From: an uncultured Chloroflexia bacterium
Lineage (GTDB): Bacteria > Chloroflexota > Chloroflexia > Thermomicrobiales > UBA6265
Length of the DNA stretch: 64,000 nt
NCBI GenBank assembly: GCA_963724295.1
Contig: CAVRUC010000013.1
Span: forward strand, 128,001-192,000
Reading direction: 5' to 3'
The notes under the pieces are model-generated. The model was not told where the DNA came from. It saw only the letters and a list, made by a program, of their open reading frames with translations, and did no database searches. Position numbers and translations under genes: made by a program. Positions 37,087 through 45,953 of the stretch are shown here, one piece after another (position 1 is the first letter of the stretch; each line of letters begins with the position of its first letter).

Positions 37087-37475
37087 TCCGCCCCGACCGA
37101 GCTTGGCCGATCGCCATCATGCTCTCGGCAGCGTTGGTTGGCGTCCTCGCCGTGGGAGGGGCGGGATCGCCGCTCCGGCCCATCGCCACCCTCGGCTTCC
37201 TCGCCGTCTGCCCGGGGATGGCCATCATCCGTCTACTCCAGCTCGAGGACGTCCTGACGGAATTGACGCTCGCCGTGGCCCTCAGCATCGCGCTTGCCTC
37301 GCTCGTGGCCGGGACCATGTTGTACGTCGGCTGGTGGTCGCCCGGGTGGGCGCTCGGCCTACTGCTTGGCGTGAGTGTGATCGGCGCCGCTTGCCAGCTC
37401 CGTCCGGCACGGCTCGGATCGTCGACGGAAGCTGGGTCGTCGCATGCCGGACGGATGCGGGAGCCGCCGGACTGA
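37083..37475 (+). CDS. Small membrane protein (4 TM)
   Basis: ATGA overlap with the previous gene; FLAVCPGMA..LAVALSIALA hydrophobic helices. Confidence 0.7.
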   Translation: MIRPDRAWPIAIMLSAALVGVLAVGGAGSPLRPIATLGFLAVCPGMAIIRLLQLEDVLTELTLAVALSIALASLVAGTMLYVGWWSPGWALGLLLGVSVIGAACQLRPARLGSSTEAGSSHAGRMREPPD

Positions 37476-37596
37476 CTTCTGGCAGGTTAGGCCCGATAAG
37501 GCGGTCTACTCCGGCACCCGGTACGACCGACGTCGCCGACGGCGGCGGGCACTGTGCATGCGGTTCGCCGCGGCGTGGCCGTCGACGACCGTGGGT

Positions 37597-38796
37597 CTAA
37601 TCCCGGCCGCCGACGGCGACGAGGGAGCCGTCGAGGCTGCCGACGTAGACCGCCCCGTCTGCCACGGCCGGGGAGGAGTAGATGTCGCCCCCGACCTCGA
37701 CGCGCCAGCGCTCCTCGCCGGTCCGGGCGTCCACGGCATAGAGGAAACCGTCGAGGCTGCCGACGTAGATGACGCCGTCGGCCACGGCGGGAGAGGAATA
37801 CACCTCAGCGCCCGTTGCAAAGCGCCAGGCCTCCTCACCGTCGTCGGCCGCGACGGCGTACAACCCGCCGTCGTCGCTCCCGACGTAGACGAGACCCTGA
37901 GCGACGGCTGGGGACGACGCAATGCGGGCGTCGGTGGCGAACTGCCACCGGACCTCGCCGCCCGTGGCGTCGACCGCGTGGAGCCGACCGTCGGCGGAGC
38001 CAACGAAGACGCGTCCGTCTGCCACCGCCGGCGACGAGTACATCGGCGCACCGATCTCGGTGCGCCAGCTCACCTCCCCGGTTTCGGCCTTGACGGCGAT
38101 TAGCACGCCGTCAAGGCCGGAGAGGTAGACCAGGCCATCGGCCACCGCCGGCGAGGAGTAGATCTCGGCACCGGCGGCAACCCTCCAGTGCTCCTCGCCC
38201 GTCGTCGCGTCCAGCGCGTACAGCTTCCCGTCCCAGCCGCCGACATAGACGACACCATCGACGACCGCCGGCGACGAGATCAGCGCGGCGTCCGTCGGGA
38301 ACCGCCAGATCCGCTCCCCGTCCTCCGCGTCCAACGCGTGAACTATGCCGTCGCCACCGGCAACGTAGACAACCCCGTCGGCCACTGCCGGCGAAGCGGA
38401 GACGTCGTCGGTCGTCTCGAAGCGCCAGCGCTCGTCGCCGGTCGCGGCGTTGACCGCGTAGAGCGCGCCATCGTTGCTGCCGACGTAGACGACGCCGTTG
38501 GCCACGGCAGGCGAGGAAGAGATGGCGTCCCCGGTCTGGAACCGCCAGCGTGGATCAGCGTTCGTCGGGCCAGGGCCGGGCTGGCGGCCGGTGCGGTCCG
38601 GCGTGCCGCGAAACATGATCGCCTCGGCGGACGGCGCCAGGGAGCCGACGGCGACCATGATGTCGTCGAAGCTGACGTCGGGTTCACTTGTTGCGGTCGC
38701 GTCGCTTTGCCACGCCGCCGCGGGGCCGGATCGAGTGGCCGGCACCAGCAGCGCAACGGTGGCAACGATCAGCCACAACCGGACGAGTCGGTCCAC
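37597..38796 (-). CDS. Secreted PQQ-binding-like beta-propeller (BamB-like) protein
   Basis: Eight SSPAVADGxVYVGSxDGxLYAxDAxTGExxW repeats; MFRGTPDRTG; signal peptide; GAGGAGG RBS before GTG38796. Confidence 0.9.
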   Translation of the reverse strand: MDRLVRLWLIVATVALLVPATRSGPAAAWQSDATATSEPDVSFDDIMVAVGSLAPSAEAIMFRGTPDRTGRQPGPGPTNADPRWRFQTGDAISSSPAVANGVVYVGSNDGALYAVNAATGDERWRFETTDDVSASPAVADGVVYVAGGDGIVHALDAEDGERIWRFPTDAALISSPAVVDGVVYVGGWDGKLYALDATTGEEHWRVAAGAEIYSSPAVADGLVYLSGLDGVLIAVKAETGEVSWRTEIGAPMYSSPAVADGRVFVGSADGRLHAVDATGGEVRWQFATDARIASSPAVAQGLVYVGSDDGGLYAVAADDGEEAWRFATGAEVYSSPAVADGVIYVGSLDGFLYAVDARTGEERWRVEVGGDIYSSPAVADGAVYVGSLDGSLVAVGGRD

Positions 38797-39000
38797 GGCA
38801 ATCCACCTCCTCGAGGCGCGGGTGCGGGGCGCGACCCACCGCACCCCACGCCGCTCTTAGCCCACGCTGCCCCCTCGGCGCCGCCGGGACGATGGCGGGC
38901 TTGCGGCGGGGCCGTATACTCTCTCGAGCGCCGGCACGGCCGACCAATTCGCCCCGGCGTTCCCGGTCCGATGGCGACCGTCTGACGAAGGAGGACGAGG

Positions 39001-39672
39001 ATGCGACGGCAACATCGGCCGAGCGGCCGCCGATACTCAATCGCGATCGCGGTGGTGATGGCCCTGAGCTGCGCCGCGCTGCTGCGCCCGGTCGCGGCCC
39101 AGGACAACCGCAGCCTGACGATTCCGCTCAACGAGCACGAGAACTCGGGCGTCTCCGGTACGGCGATCCTGACCGCCGAGGGTGAGAACACCCGCGTCTC
39201 GATGGAGCTGAGCGGCGACCCGCTGACGGGAGACCATCCCACGCACATCCACACCGGCACCTGCCGCAACTTCGATCCCAATCCCCTCTACCCCCTCACG
39301 ACCGTGGTCCTGGACGAGGTCAACGACGAGGGAGTGAGCGAGACGACGGTCGAGAACGTGCGGCTGCGCGACCTCCTTGCCTCCGACTACGTCATCCTGG
39401 TCCACCCGTCGGCCGAGGAGCTTTTCCCAGAACTCGTCTGCGGCGACATCAAACCAGACGGGGGCACCGGGGGCAGCCGCGACGACGCCGCTGCCATTGT
39501 TGAGGCCACTCCTGGTGCTGACCAGGCGTCTACCAGCGTGACCGGGACTCCCCGGGCCGGTGTTGGCTCCGCGCACATTGGCCTGTCGTGGACGAAGCTG
39601 TTTGGGCTGTTGGCCGTGCTTTTCGCTACGGCCAGTGCGACACTGGTGGTCAAGCGCGGAGTGCATGGCTAG
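39001..39672 (+). CDS. Secreted CHRD/SOD-like His-Cys protein with C-terminal anchor
   Basis: Signal peptide; SGVSGTAIL, HPTHIHTGTC, YPLT, VHPS, VCGDI; ends TPRAG plus hydrophobic helix plus KR. Confidence 0.7.
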   Translation: MRRQHRPSGRRYSIAIAVVMALSCAALLRPVAAQDNRSLTIPLNEHENSGVSGTAILTAEGENTRVSMELSGDPLTGDHPTHIHTGTCRNFDPNPLYPLTTVVLDEVNDEGVSETTVENVRLRDLLASDYVILVHPSAEELFPELVCGDIKPDGGTGGSRDDAAAIVEATPGADQASTSVTGTPRAGVGSAHIGLSWTKLFGLLAVLFATASATLVVKRGVHG

Positions 39673-39996
39673 CGCATTCCTACGGCCGAAGATCATGCCG
39701 GCGATCATGGTTGCGAGCGCTGTACATTCGACCACCGGAGTTTCCGCATCATCGCGCCAAACTAGAATTATTCGCGGCGCAGTGTGTGACTCCAACCCCG
39801 TAGGGACGTCCGTGTCCTTGCCAGCTTACGGTCCTTGTTCGCGACGGCACTGAGTCGTCCAACCGGCAGGGGCGACACCGGGCGCGCGTGGAGGGTCGAA
39901 GAGCCGCGCGCCCGGCGTCCCGCGACTTGGGTGGCCCGAGGCGTGGCTGTCGCCCCGGTCCGTCTCGCATCGTTGCGCCCCGTCGCGTGTGCCCCC

Positions 39997-40040
39997 AAGG
40001 TACGGCCGTTCGGCACGGTCGTCATCCCCAAAATGAGCCA
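39997..40040 (-). promoter_or_regulatory. Box plus -10 on the minus strand (no clear downstream gene)
   Basis: Minus-strand TGGCTCATTTTGGGGA (40040-40025); TACCTT 22 nt downstream. Confidence 0.55.
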
Positions 40041-40280
40041 TGTCTCGAGCCGTTTTCGCGGCGCGGTGCGGTCGTCGGCCTCGGCCGCTGCCGCGGGTAA
40101 GGGAGCACGCTCGCTGAGACCGCGCTCCGCCCCGTCACCGCTCCCACGTCGGGGCAACCCGGAAAGACAAGAACGCGATGCGCAATCGACAGCCGCCCGG
40201 ATGCCGGCGCAACGCGAGCCCCCATCGCTCGCGTCCCGGAGAGCGCCCACCGGGCAACCGCCCTGCCGGAGCGTCCCGCG

Positions 40281-42348
40281 TTACGATCGCCACTGCCAGC
40301 TCTCTTCCATCCGACGGAAGGTCGATTCGAAGGACTCCGCCTCATCGGCCCGAACGACGAAGGTGAGGACGATGGCGTCGTCGTCGACCGTCGTCACCAC
40401 CTGGCGGATCAGCCGCCCACCCGAGGCTCCTGTCGCCGGGTCGTCCGCAGTGTAGGTCAGCCGGACGGCGTCGACGCCGTCAAGCACGATTGCCTCCTCG
40501 GCGACATCGTCGATGCCGGCGACCGAGGCGGCGTTGGCTTCCCGGACCGCTCGCACCACCTCCTCGAGCGCGCCATCCTCCGCCGCCGGGAGCCGGGTCC
40601 GGGTGACGGAGACGATCGCCCGGCCGTCCGGGCTGGCGACGACGAAGGCAATGTTCTCCAGGGTCGACTCCGCGGCCCGTTCGTCGTCGATGCCAACCCG
40701 CTCCCGGATCTGGTCCTCCGTCAGCCGACTCCAGTCGGCCGGGTAGCCGACGGCAAAGTCACCGGAAGGATCGACGTACTCGGCCAGTTCGCCGCCGTCG
40801 GCCGTCGCGGTTGATGTGCGCGTCGCGACCGTGGTCGCAGTCGCCGTCGGTTGGGGCAGCGGAGTCGCCGTCGCCCGTGGCCGCGGGGTGGGGGTCGAGG
40901 TCGCCGGCGGCGCTTCGGTCGAGATCGGGGGTGGGGTCGGTGCCGGCATTGCCGTCGGCGCCGGCGCCGCTATGGCCGTCGGCGGCGGAGTCACCGTCGG
41001 CTTCGGCGTGGCGGTCAGATGAGGAGTCCGCGTCGGGGCCGGAGTTGGGGTGACGGTGGGCGCGGGCGTCGCGGTCGGCGGCGGGGTGGCCGTCGGCGTC
41101 GGCGTTGCGGTCGCGGTCGGCACTGGCGTCGGGGTCGCCGTCGGTGCCGGGCTGGGCGTAGCGGTCGGCGCAGGGGTTGGGGTGGCGGTCGGGCGCGGGG
41201 TAGCTGTTGGCTTCGGAGTCGCGGTCGCGGTCGGCTCCGGAGTAGAGGTCGGCGTCGGTGCCGGGCTGGGCGTAGCGGTCGGCGCAGGGGTTGGGGTGGC
41301 GGTCGGGCGCGGGGTAGCTGTTGGCTTCGGAGTCGCGGTCGCGGTCGGCTCCGGAGTAGAGGTCGGCCGTCGGTGCCGGGCTGGGCGTAGCGGTCGGCGC
41401 AGGGGTTGGGGTGGCGGTCGGGCGCGGGGTAGCTGTTGGCTTCGGAGTCGCGGTCGCGGTCGGCTCCGGAGTAGAGGTCGCCGTCAGCGCGACCAGGTGA
41501 AGCGCCGGGAGCGCAGCCGACGTCGGGGCCGGCCAGGGCGTGACGGTCAGGACCGCGGTCGGCGTGGGCTGCCGGGCCGGCGTCGGCGATGAGGTGGGCA
41601 TGGCGGTCGGCGCGGGTAGCGCCGTCGGGGACGGCACACTGGTCGCGGCCGGGATCGGGGTGGCCACCGTCGCGGTCGCTGTCGGGACCTGAGTTCCATC
41701 GAGCGCCCCGGCGGGCACCGCCTCATCGGTGTGGAATCTGATCCGAAGCGAGTCGTCGGCCGAGCGAAGCGTCAAGCGCTCCGCGTTCACCGGCACATCA
41801 AACACGACCGCCTCCTCGTAGGTCAGCCCCGGCTGATACGACGCCGGTCGGCGGAGACCGGCGTCACCGGCCACGTACGCCGCCGTCGCCTCCTCCTGTG
41901 GCGTGAACGTCCGGGCCTCGTCGTCGCGCAGCCTGAGGCTCCACCACGGGAACCGGGCGGCCGGATCGAGAGTGTCGTTAATGGCAGTCAGCCGGATCGC
42001 GAGAAACACGCCCCGGGCCTCGATGATCGGGGGAATGTCGCCCTCGGCCAGGGGATTGGGAAAGGACGCCGCGCGCTCGACGCGCTCGATCCCGACCGTC
42101 CACGCTTCGGCAAACGGGACGCCCGGGGTTGCTGGTGCGGGGGTCGGCACGGTAGTCACGAGCACCGCCACCTGGGTTTCGAGCTCTGTGACCCCTTGCT
42201 CGTAGGCACCGATCGTCGCCCAGTCGTTGGAGGTCATCCCACCAGTGGCCCCCGACCCGCACGCGGTGAGCAGGGCGACGAGCCCGATGCCAAACCAGCC
42301 GACGAGCCATCGCCGCAGCATCCGCCGCCTTCCAAATCTCGACCGCAT
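40281..42348 (-). CDS. Lipoprotein: DUF4352-like Ig domain, long Pro/Thr linker and PsbP-like C-terminal domain (one indel near 41367)
   Basis: Lipobox LLTA-CG; GVFLAIRLTAIN..LRDDEARTF..YQPG..VVFDVP; PT repeats; YVDPSGDFAVGYPADW..LDGVDAVRLTY..FRRMEESWQW. Confidence 0.75.
41141..41480. repeat. Three tandem ~114-bp coding repeats (Pro/Thr linker)
   Basis: Units start at 41141, 41255 and 41370; one unit has an extra C, giving the frameshift. Confidence 0.9.
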
Positions 42349-42585
42349 CGCGGCTTCGGTGCCAGCCCGGCTGCCGCACCCATCGGGTATGGAATAGGTG
42401 ACTTGGCCGGCGTCTCCACCTCTGCCTTGCCCAGCGGCGAGCAGAACCGGGTAGCCGTCAGCAGTCGAACACCCCCACTTCCCGCTTGACATGGCGGCGG
42501 GCGCCGCGCGCCGCCCCTTGGGCTGTCGCGGACACCCAACGAAGTTGCGCCAGGACGAGATACGAGCGGCCCGACCAGGTGGCTC

Positions 42586-42629
42586 AGTGTAGGGCGCGGC
42601 GGGAGGTCGATCATGCCTCAAATGAGCTA
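42586..42629 (-). promoter_or_regulatory. Activator-type promoter of lipoprotein gene
   Basis: Minus-strand TAGCTCATTTGAGGCA (42629-42614); TACACT 22 nt downstream. Confidence 0.7.
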
Positions 42630-42723
42630 TTTTACGCGCACCACAGGAGGCCTGCGGTCACCGCCCGCTGTTGCATCCCTGCGGCCGGTCGACCCGTCCG
42701 ACTCACTTGATCGCAGCGTCATC

Positions 42724-42767
42724 TAGCTCAATTGCGGGATGGCTCACCGGGTTGTCAGTGCTAGTGT
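42724..42767 (+). promoter_or_regulatory. Activator-type promoter (divergent partner)
   Basis: TAGCTCAATTGCGGGA (42724-42739); TAGTGT at 42762, 22 nt after the box. Confidence 0.7.
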
Positions 42768-42940
42768 GGACGGCATCAGGCGCGACGGTCGTGTGCAAAC
42801 GTTACTACGCGCTCGTCGAGAACGCAGGGATAAGCGATGCCGCGCGACATCCTCTGTACTGTCCGGACCGCTCAGGATGCCCGCGACGCCCTGACGCGTG
42901 CCCGGAGCGCAAAGCAGTTGGGGCGAGAGGGCGGAGTCTT

Positions 42941-43519
42941 ATGAACTGGCTCACTTCGGTGCCCGTGCTCGTCGCTTACGCCCTTGGCCTACTCGTGATT
43001 GCTGTCATCCTGGCGTGGGTGGCCTATGTGATGGCCGAGATCGCCCGCGCCGCGCGGCCGGAAGCTTGGGCCACGGCCCGCGAGGGCCTGGCCTTTGGCC
43101 AAGGCCTCGCCCGGCGCCTCCCCCGTGACCGCGATTGGCCACGACGCCTGCTCGCCCGTTTCACGCGTGATTCGGTGTCGCGCACCGGGTCGGTAGCTGG
43201 GCAGCTGGATCCTCCTCCGCCTGGCGCGCCCGTCCTCTACGTCGGACCGGGCTACTGGACGTACATCACTGCCTGGGTGATCGACGCCCACCCGGACGGT
43301 GCGCTCGACCTGGAGTGGGTACATCCATTCCTCGGCGTGCCGGTGCGGGCGTTGGGAGTCCGGCCCGAACGCGACAGGGCCGCGGGCGTCGCGTACTGGC
43401 GGTCGCACCCGGCATCGACTTCCCACCCTCATGACTTCCGACCCCCGTCGGCGATCGAACGGCCGACGGCACGGGCCGGTCGGTGGAATGCGGCGACCGG
43501 CACCGTTCACTCACCGTAG
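42941..43519 (+). CDS. Hypothetical membrane-anchored protein
   Basis: ATG42941 after GGAG; N-terminal TM helix followed by a small beta-rich domain. Confidence 0.6.
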   Translation: MNWLTSVPVLVAYALGLLVIAVILAWVAYVMAEIARAARPEAWATAREGLAFGQGLARRLPRDRDWPRRLLARFTRDSVSRTGSVAGQLDPPPPGAPVLYVGPGYWTYITAWVIDAHPDGALDLEWVHPFLGVPVRALGVRPERDRAAGVAYWRSHPASTSHPHDFRPPSAIERPTARAGRWNAATGTVHSP

Positions 43520-43704
43520 CATCCCTTAGCGGCGTTTCATCCAGTTCTTCGGGGCACCCCGCTTGAGTGGAGAGGTGAAGCCCCGCTCCTCCACGACAAC
43601 CGATGCCGGTCGCCGGCCGCATCCGGTGGCCCCAGGGCGTGACGAGGGCGTGCGTGCTCGGCTGGCACCATACCCTGCCGGCTGACTCCGCCCACCACCG
43701 GAAC

Positions 43705-43748
43705 TGGCTCATATTGGGGATGGCGCCATCTCCGGCTAGAGGTATGCT
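43705..43748 (+). promoter_or_regulatory. Activator-type promoter of RiPP-like operon
   Basis: TGGCTCATATTGGGGA (43705-43720); TATGCT at 43743, 22 nt after the box. Confidence 0.7.
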
Positions 43749-43823
43749 GCAGGTTGCGGCCGGGCCGAGGCGGGACCCGGGACACCTCCGGCCCCGAACC
43801 CTTCCATCCGACGAGGGACAGCA

Positions 43824-44677
43824 TTGGATAGCACGGATAGCCGCGGCCCCAGGTCGATAATGGATCTCACCGAACGCCTCAGCCGGCGGGGGGCCCTGAA
43901 GGCCTACGTGCCGCCGGCGCTGAGCATGGTCGTCCTCGCCAGCGCTAACAACCTCTCAACCTCCGGCGTGGAGCGCGTGAAAGTACGCGGCGACGGTGAT
44001 AGGCAATTCTGGCGGCGGCCGTGGCAATTCCGGCGGCGACCCCGGCAACCCCGTCGGCGACGACCCAGGCAACCCCGTCGGCAATCCCGGTGACGGCGGT
44101 GGCAACCCTGGTGGCGACCTCGACGGCAGCAACCCCGGCGGCGACCCCGGCGGCGACCCCGGCAATCCCGGTGGCGGTGGCAATCCCGGCGGCGATCCCG
44201 GTAACCCTGGTGGCGACCCCGGCGGCGGCGGCAATCCCGGCGGCGGCGGCAACCCTGGCGGCGGCGGCCCCGCGGCGGCAACCCCGGCGGTGACCCCGGC
44301 GGCAATCCTGGCGGCGGCGGCAACCCGGCGGCGGCAATCCCGGTGGCGGCGGCTGGCGGCAACCCCGGCGGCGACCCCGGCGGTGGTGGCAACCCCGGCG
44401 GTGGTGGCAACCCCGGCGGCGACCCCGGCGGCGGCGGTAACCCGGCGGCGGCAGCCCCGACGGCGGCAACCCCGGCGGTGACCCCGGCGGCGGTGGCGGC
44501 AACCCTGGTGGCGACCCCGGCAACCCTGGCGGTGGTAGCGGCGGCAACCCCGGCGGCGACCCCGGCAACCCAGTGGCGGTGGCGGCAACCCTGGTGGTGG
44601 CGGCAACCCTGGCACGGCGGCGGTGGTGGTGGCGGCAACCTGGTGGTGGCGGCGGTCGCGACAATAAGAAGAAGTAG
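43824..44677 (+). CDS. Putative RiPP-like precursor: twin-Arg plus YxxPxL leader and Gly/Asn/Pro (GNPGG) repeat body; several indels
   Basis: TTG43824 (after GAGGGA) or ATG43860: LSRRGALKAYVPPALSMVVLASANNLSTSG. After frame repair it continues GNSGGGRGNSGGDPGNPVGDDPGNP..(GNPGG/GDPGG)n..GGGRDNKKK TAG 44675-44677. Confidence 0.7.
44002..44656 (+). repeat. Low-complexity coding tandem repeat (ggcaaccccggcggc / ggcgaccccggc units)
   Basis: Dozens of GNPGG/GDPGG-coding units with synonymous third-position variation. Confidence 0.9.
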
Positions 44678-44856
44678 GGCCTGCCTGCCGAGCGTGCCGA
44701 CGACCATCGTCGATAGGACCCTGTCCATCATCCAGGGGATAGCGACCTCCGGCAAGGTCCAGACCTGCGGAGGTAGTGGCGACAAGCACGGGGTCCGCGA
44801 TTCCAATCGTGCGTTGCCTAAGTGGCACAAGAAGTAGACGGAGGGTTTCGCGCGAC

Positions 44857-45690
44857 GTGGCAGAACGAGCGATCCACCGGCTCTTCGGGCTCGCCGTTAC
44901 CTCGGACTTGCCGCTCCCGCTTCCTCCGGACGCCGGACCTGCGACGGTAGAGGTGGTCAAAGGGCGGGTTCTCCCGCACGGCGAGCTGCTCTGGCAAGCG
45001 CCGCCACCTCTTGCCTTTGCGTGCCGACGTGACGGGTCCGCGATCGTCCTCGACTGGCCGACCGCCCGGTTCCGAGTAGACCCCGAGCGGGTGATTGTCG
45101 ACGCCCACGACGATCGCGACGCGGTCGCCCTCCTGATTCCGGTCGTCTGGTCGGTGGTCCTCGCGGGGCATGGCTACGAGGCCCTGCACGGTTGCGCCAC
45201 CGCCCGCGATGGGCGGGCGGTGGCGGTCCTCGGTGCCTCTGGGGCGGGCAAGAGCACGGCGGCTCTGGCCCTTATCGATCGTGGCTGGCGGGTCATCACC
45301 GACGACCTGCTCGCGCTCGACGCGGCTGGGCGGGCCGTGCCTGGCCCGCCCTTCGTGCGCATCTGCCCGGATCGGGCGGCGGGTCGTGGTGGGGAGCCCG
45401 ACGCTGGCGGCAAGTTCCGCATTCCTGCCCCGTCGTCCTCTGAGCCGGTGCCGCTAGCGGCCGTTGTCGTCCTTGATGACCAGTTCGACCGGTACGCCCC
45501 GCTCCGTGGTGCCGCGGCGGCGTCCGCGCTCCTCGGCCAGATCTACAGCCCGATTGACACCCACCCGGGGCAGTCACGGCGACGCTTCGAGCTCGCCCTC
45601 GGCCTCGTCGACAGCGTGCCTATCTACGGAGCTCCGCCCCGTTCCCTAACGGCGGATCGACTCGAGCGGATCGCGGAAGCGGCGTCATGA
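44857..45690 (+). CDS. HPr kinase-related P-loop kinase (lasso-peptide-kinase/HprK-rel type)
   Basis: HRLFGLAVTSDLPLP N-terminus, ALHG, Walker A GASGAGKST, ITDDLL; lacks the DRTGG N-domain of true HprK. Confidence 0.85.
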   Translation: MAERAIHRLFGLAVTSDLPLPLPPDAGPATVEVVKGRVLPHGELLWQAPPPLAFACRRDGSAIVLDWPTARFRVDPERVIVDAHDDRDAVALLIPVVWSVVLAGHGYEALHGCATARDGRAVAVLGASGAGKSTAALALIDRGWRVITDDLLALDAAGRAVPGPPFVRICPDRAAGRGGEPDAGGKFRIPAPSSSEPVPLAAVVVLDDQFDRYAPLRGAAAASALLGQIYSPIDTHPGQSRRRFELALGLVDSVPIYGAPPRSLTADRLERIAEAAS

Positions 45691-45953
45691 GCTACAGCGT
45701 GCCCGAGCACATCCACTTCCGCGAGGTGCACGACGAGCTGATGTTGCTCGACGCGCAAAACGATGCCTACTTTGCGCTCAATGCGACCGGCGCCGTCGTC
45801 TGGTCGGTCCTTGCCTCCGGCCGGTCGCTCGAGGCCGCCGCCGCCAGGCTCGCGGCACAATACGCGGTCACACCCGAGAGGGCGGAGACCGACGTGGCGG
45901 CCGTCGTCGACGAGCTCGTCGGCCGCGGGTTGCTCAACCGGTTGGACAGGTGA
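45687..45953 (+). CDS. PqqD family / RiPP recognition element protein
   Basis: 88 aa; ELMLLD..YFALNATGAVVW..LAAQYAV..AETDVAAVVDELVGRGLL; ATGA overlap with the kinase. Confidence 0.92.
   Translation: MSYSVPEHIHFREVHDELMLLDAQNDAYFALNATGAVVWSVLASGRSLEAAAARLAAQYAVTPERAETDVAAVVDELVGRGLLNRLDR

Noticed and set aside
37597..38796. PQQ-dependent dehydrogenase linked to the PqqD gene
   Set aside because: It has only generic BamB-like propeller repeats, with no recognisable dehydrogenase features; no functional link is supported.
44002..44656. CRISPR array or non-coding satellite
   Set aside because: No constant repeat with unique spacers; variation falls at synonymous codon positions of GNPGG; no cas genes.
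44857..45690. True HprK of carbon catabolite repression
   Set aside because: Lacks the HprK N-terminal domain and sits in a PqqD/nucleotidyltransferase operon.
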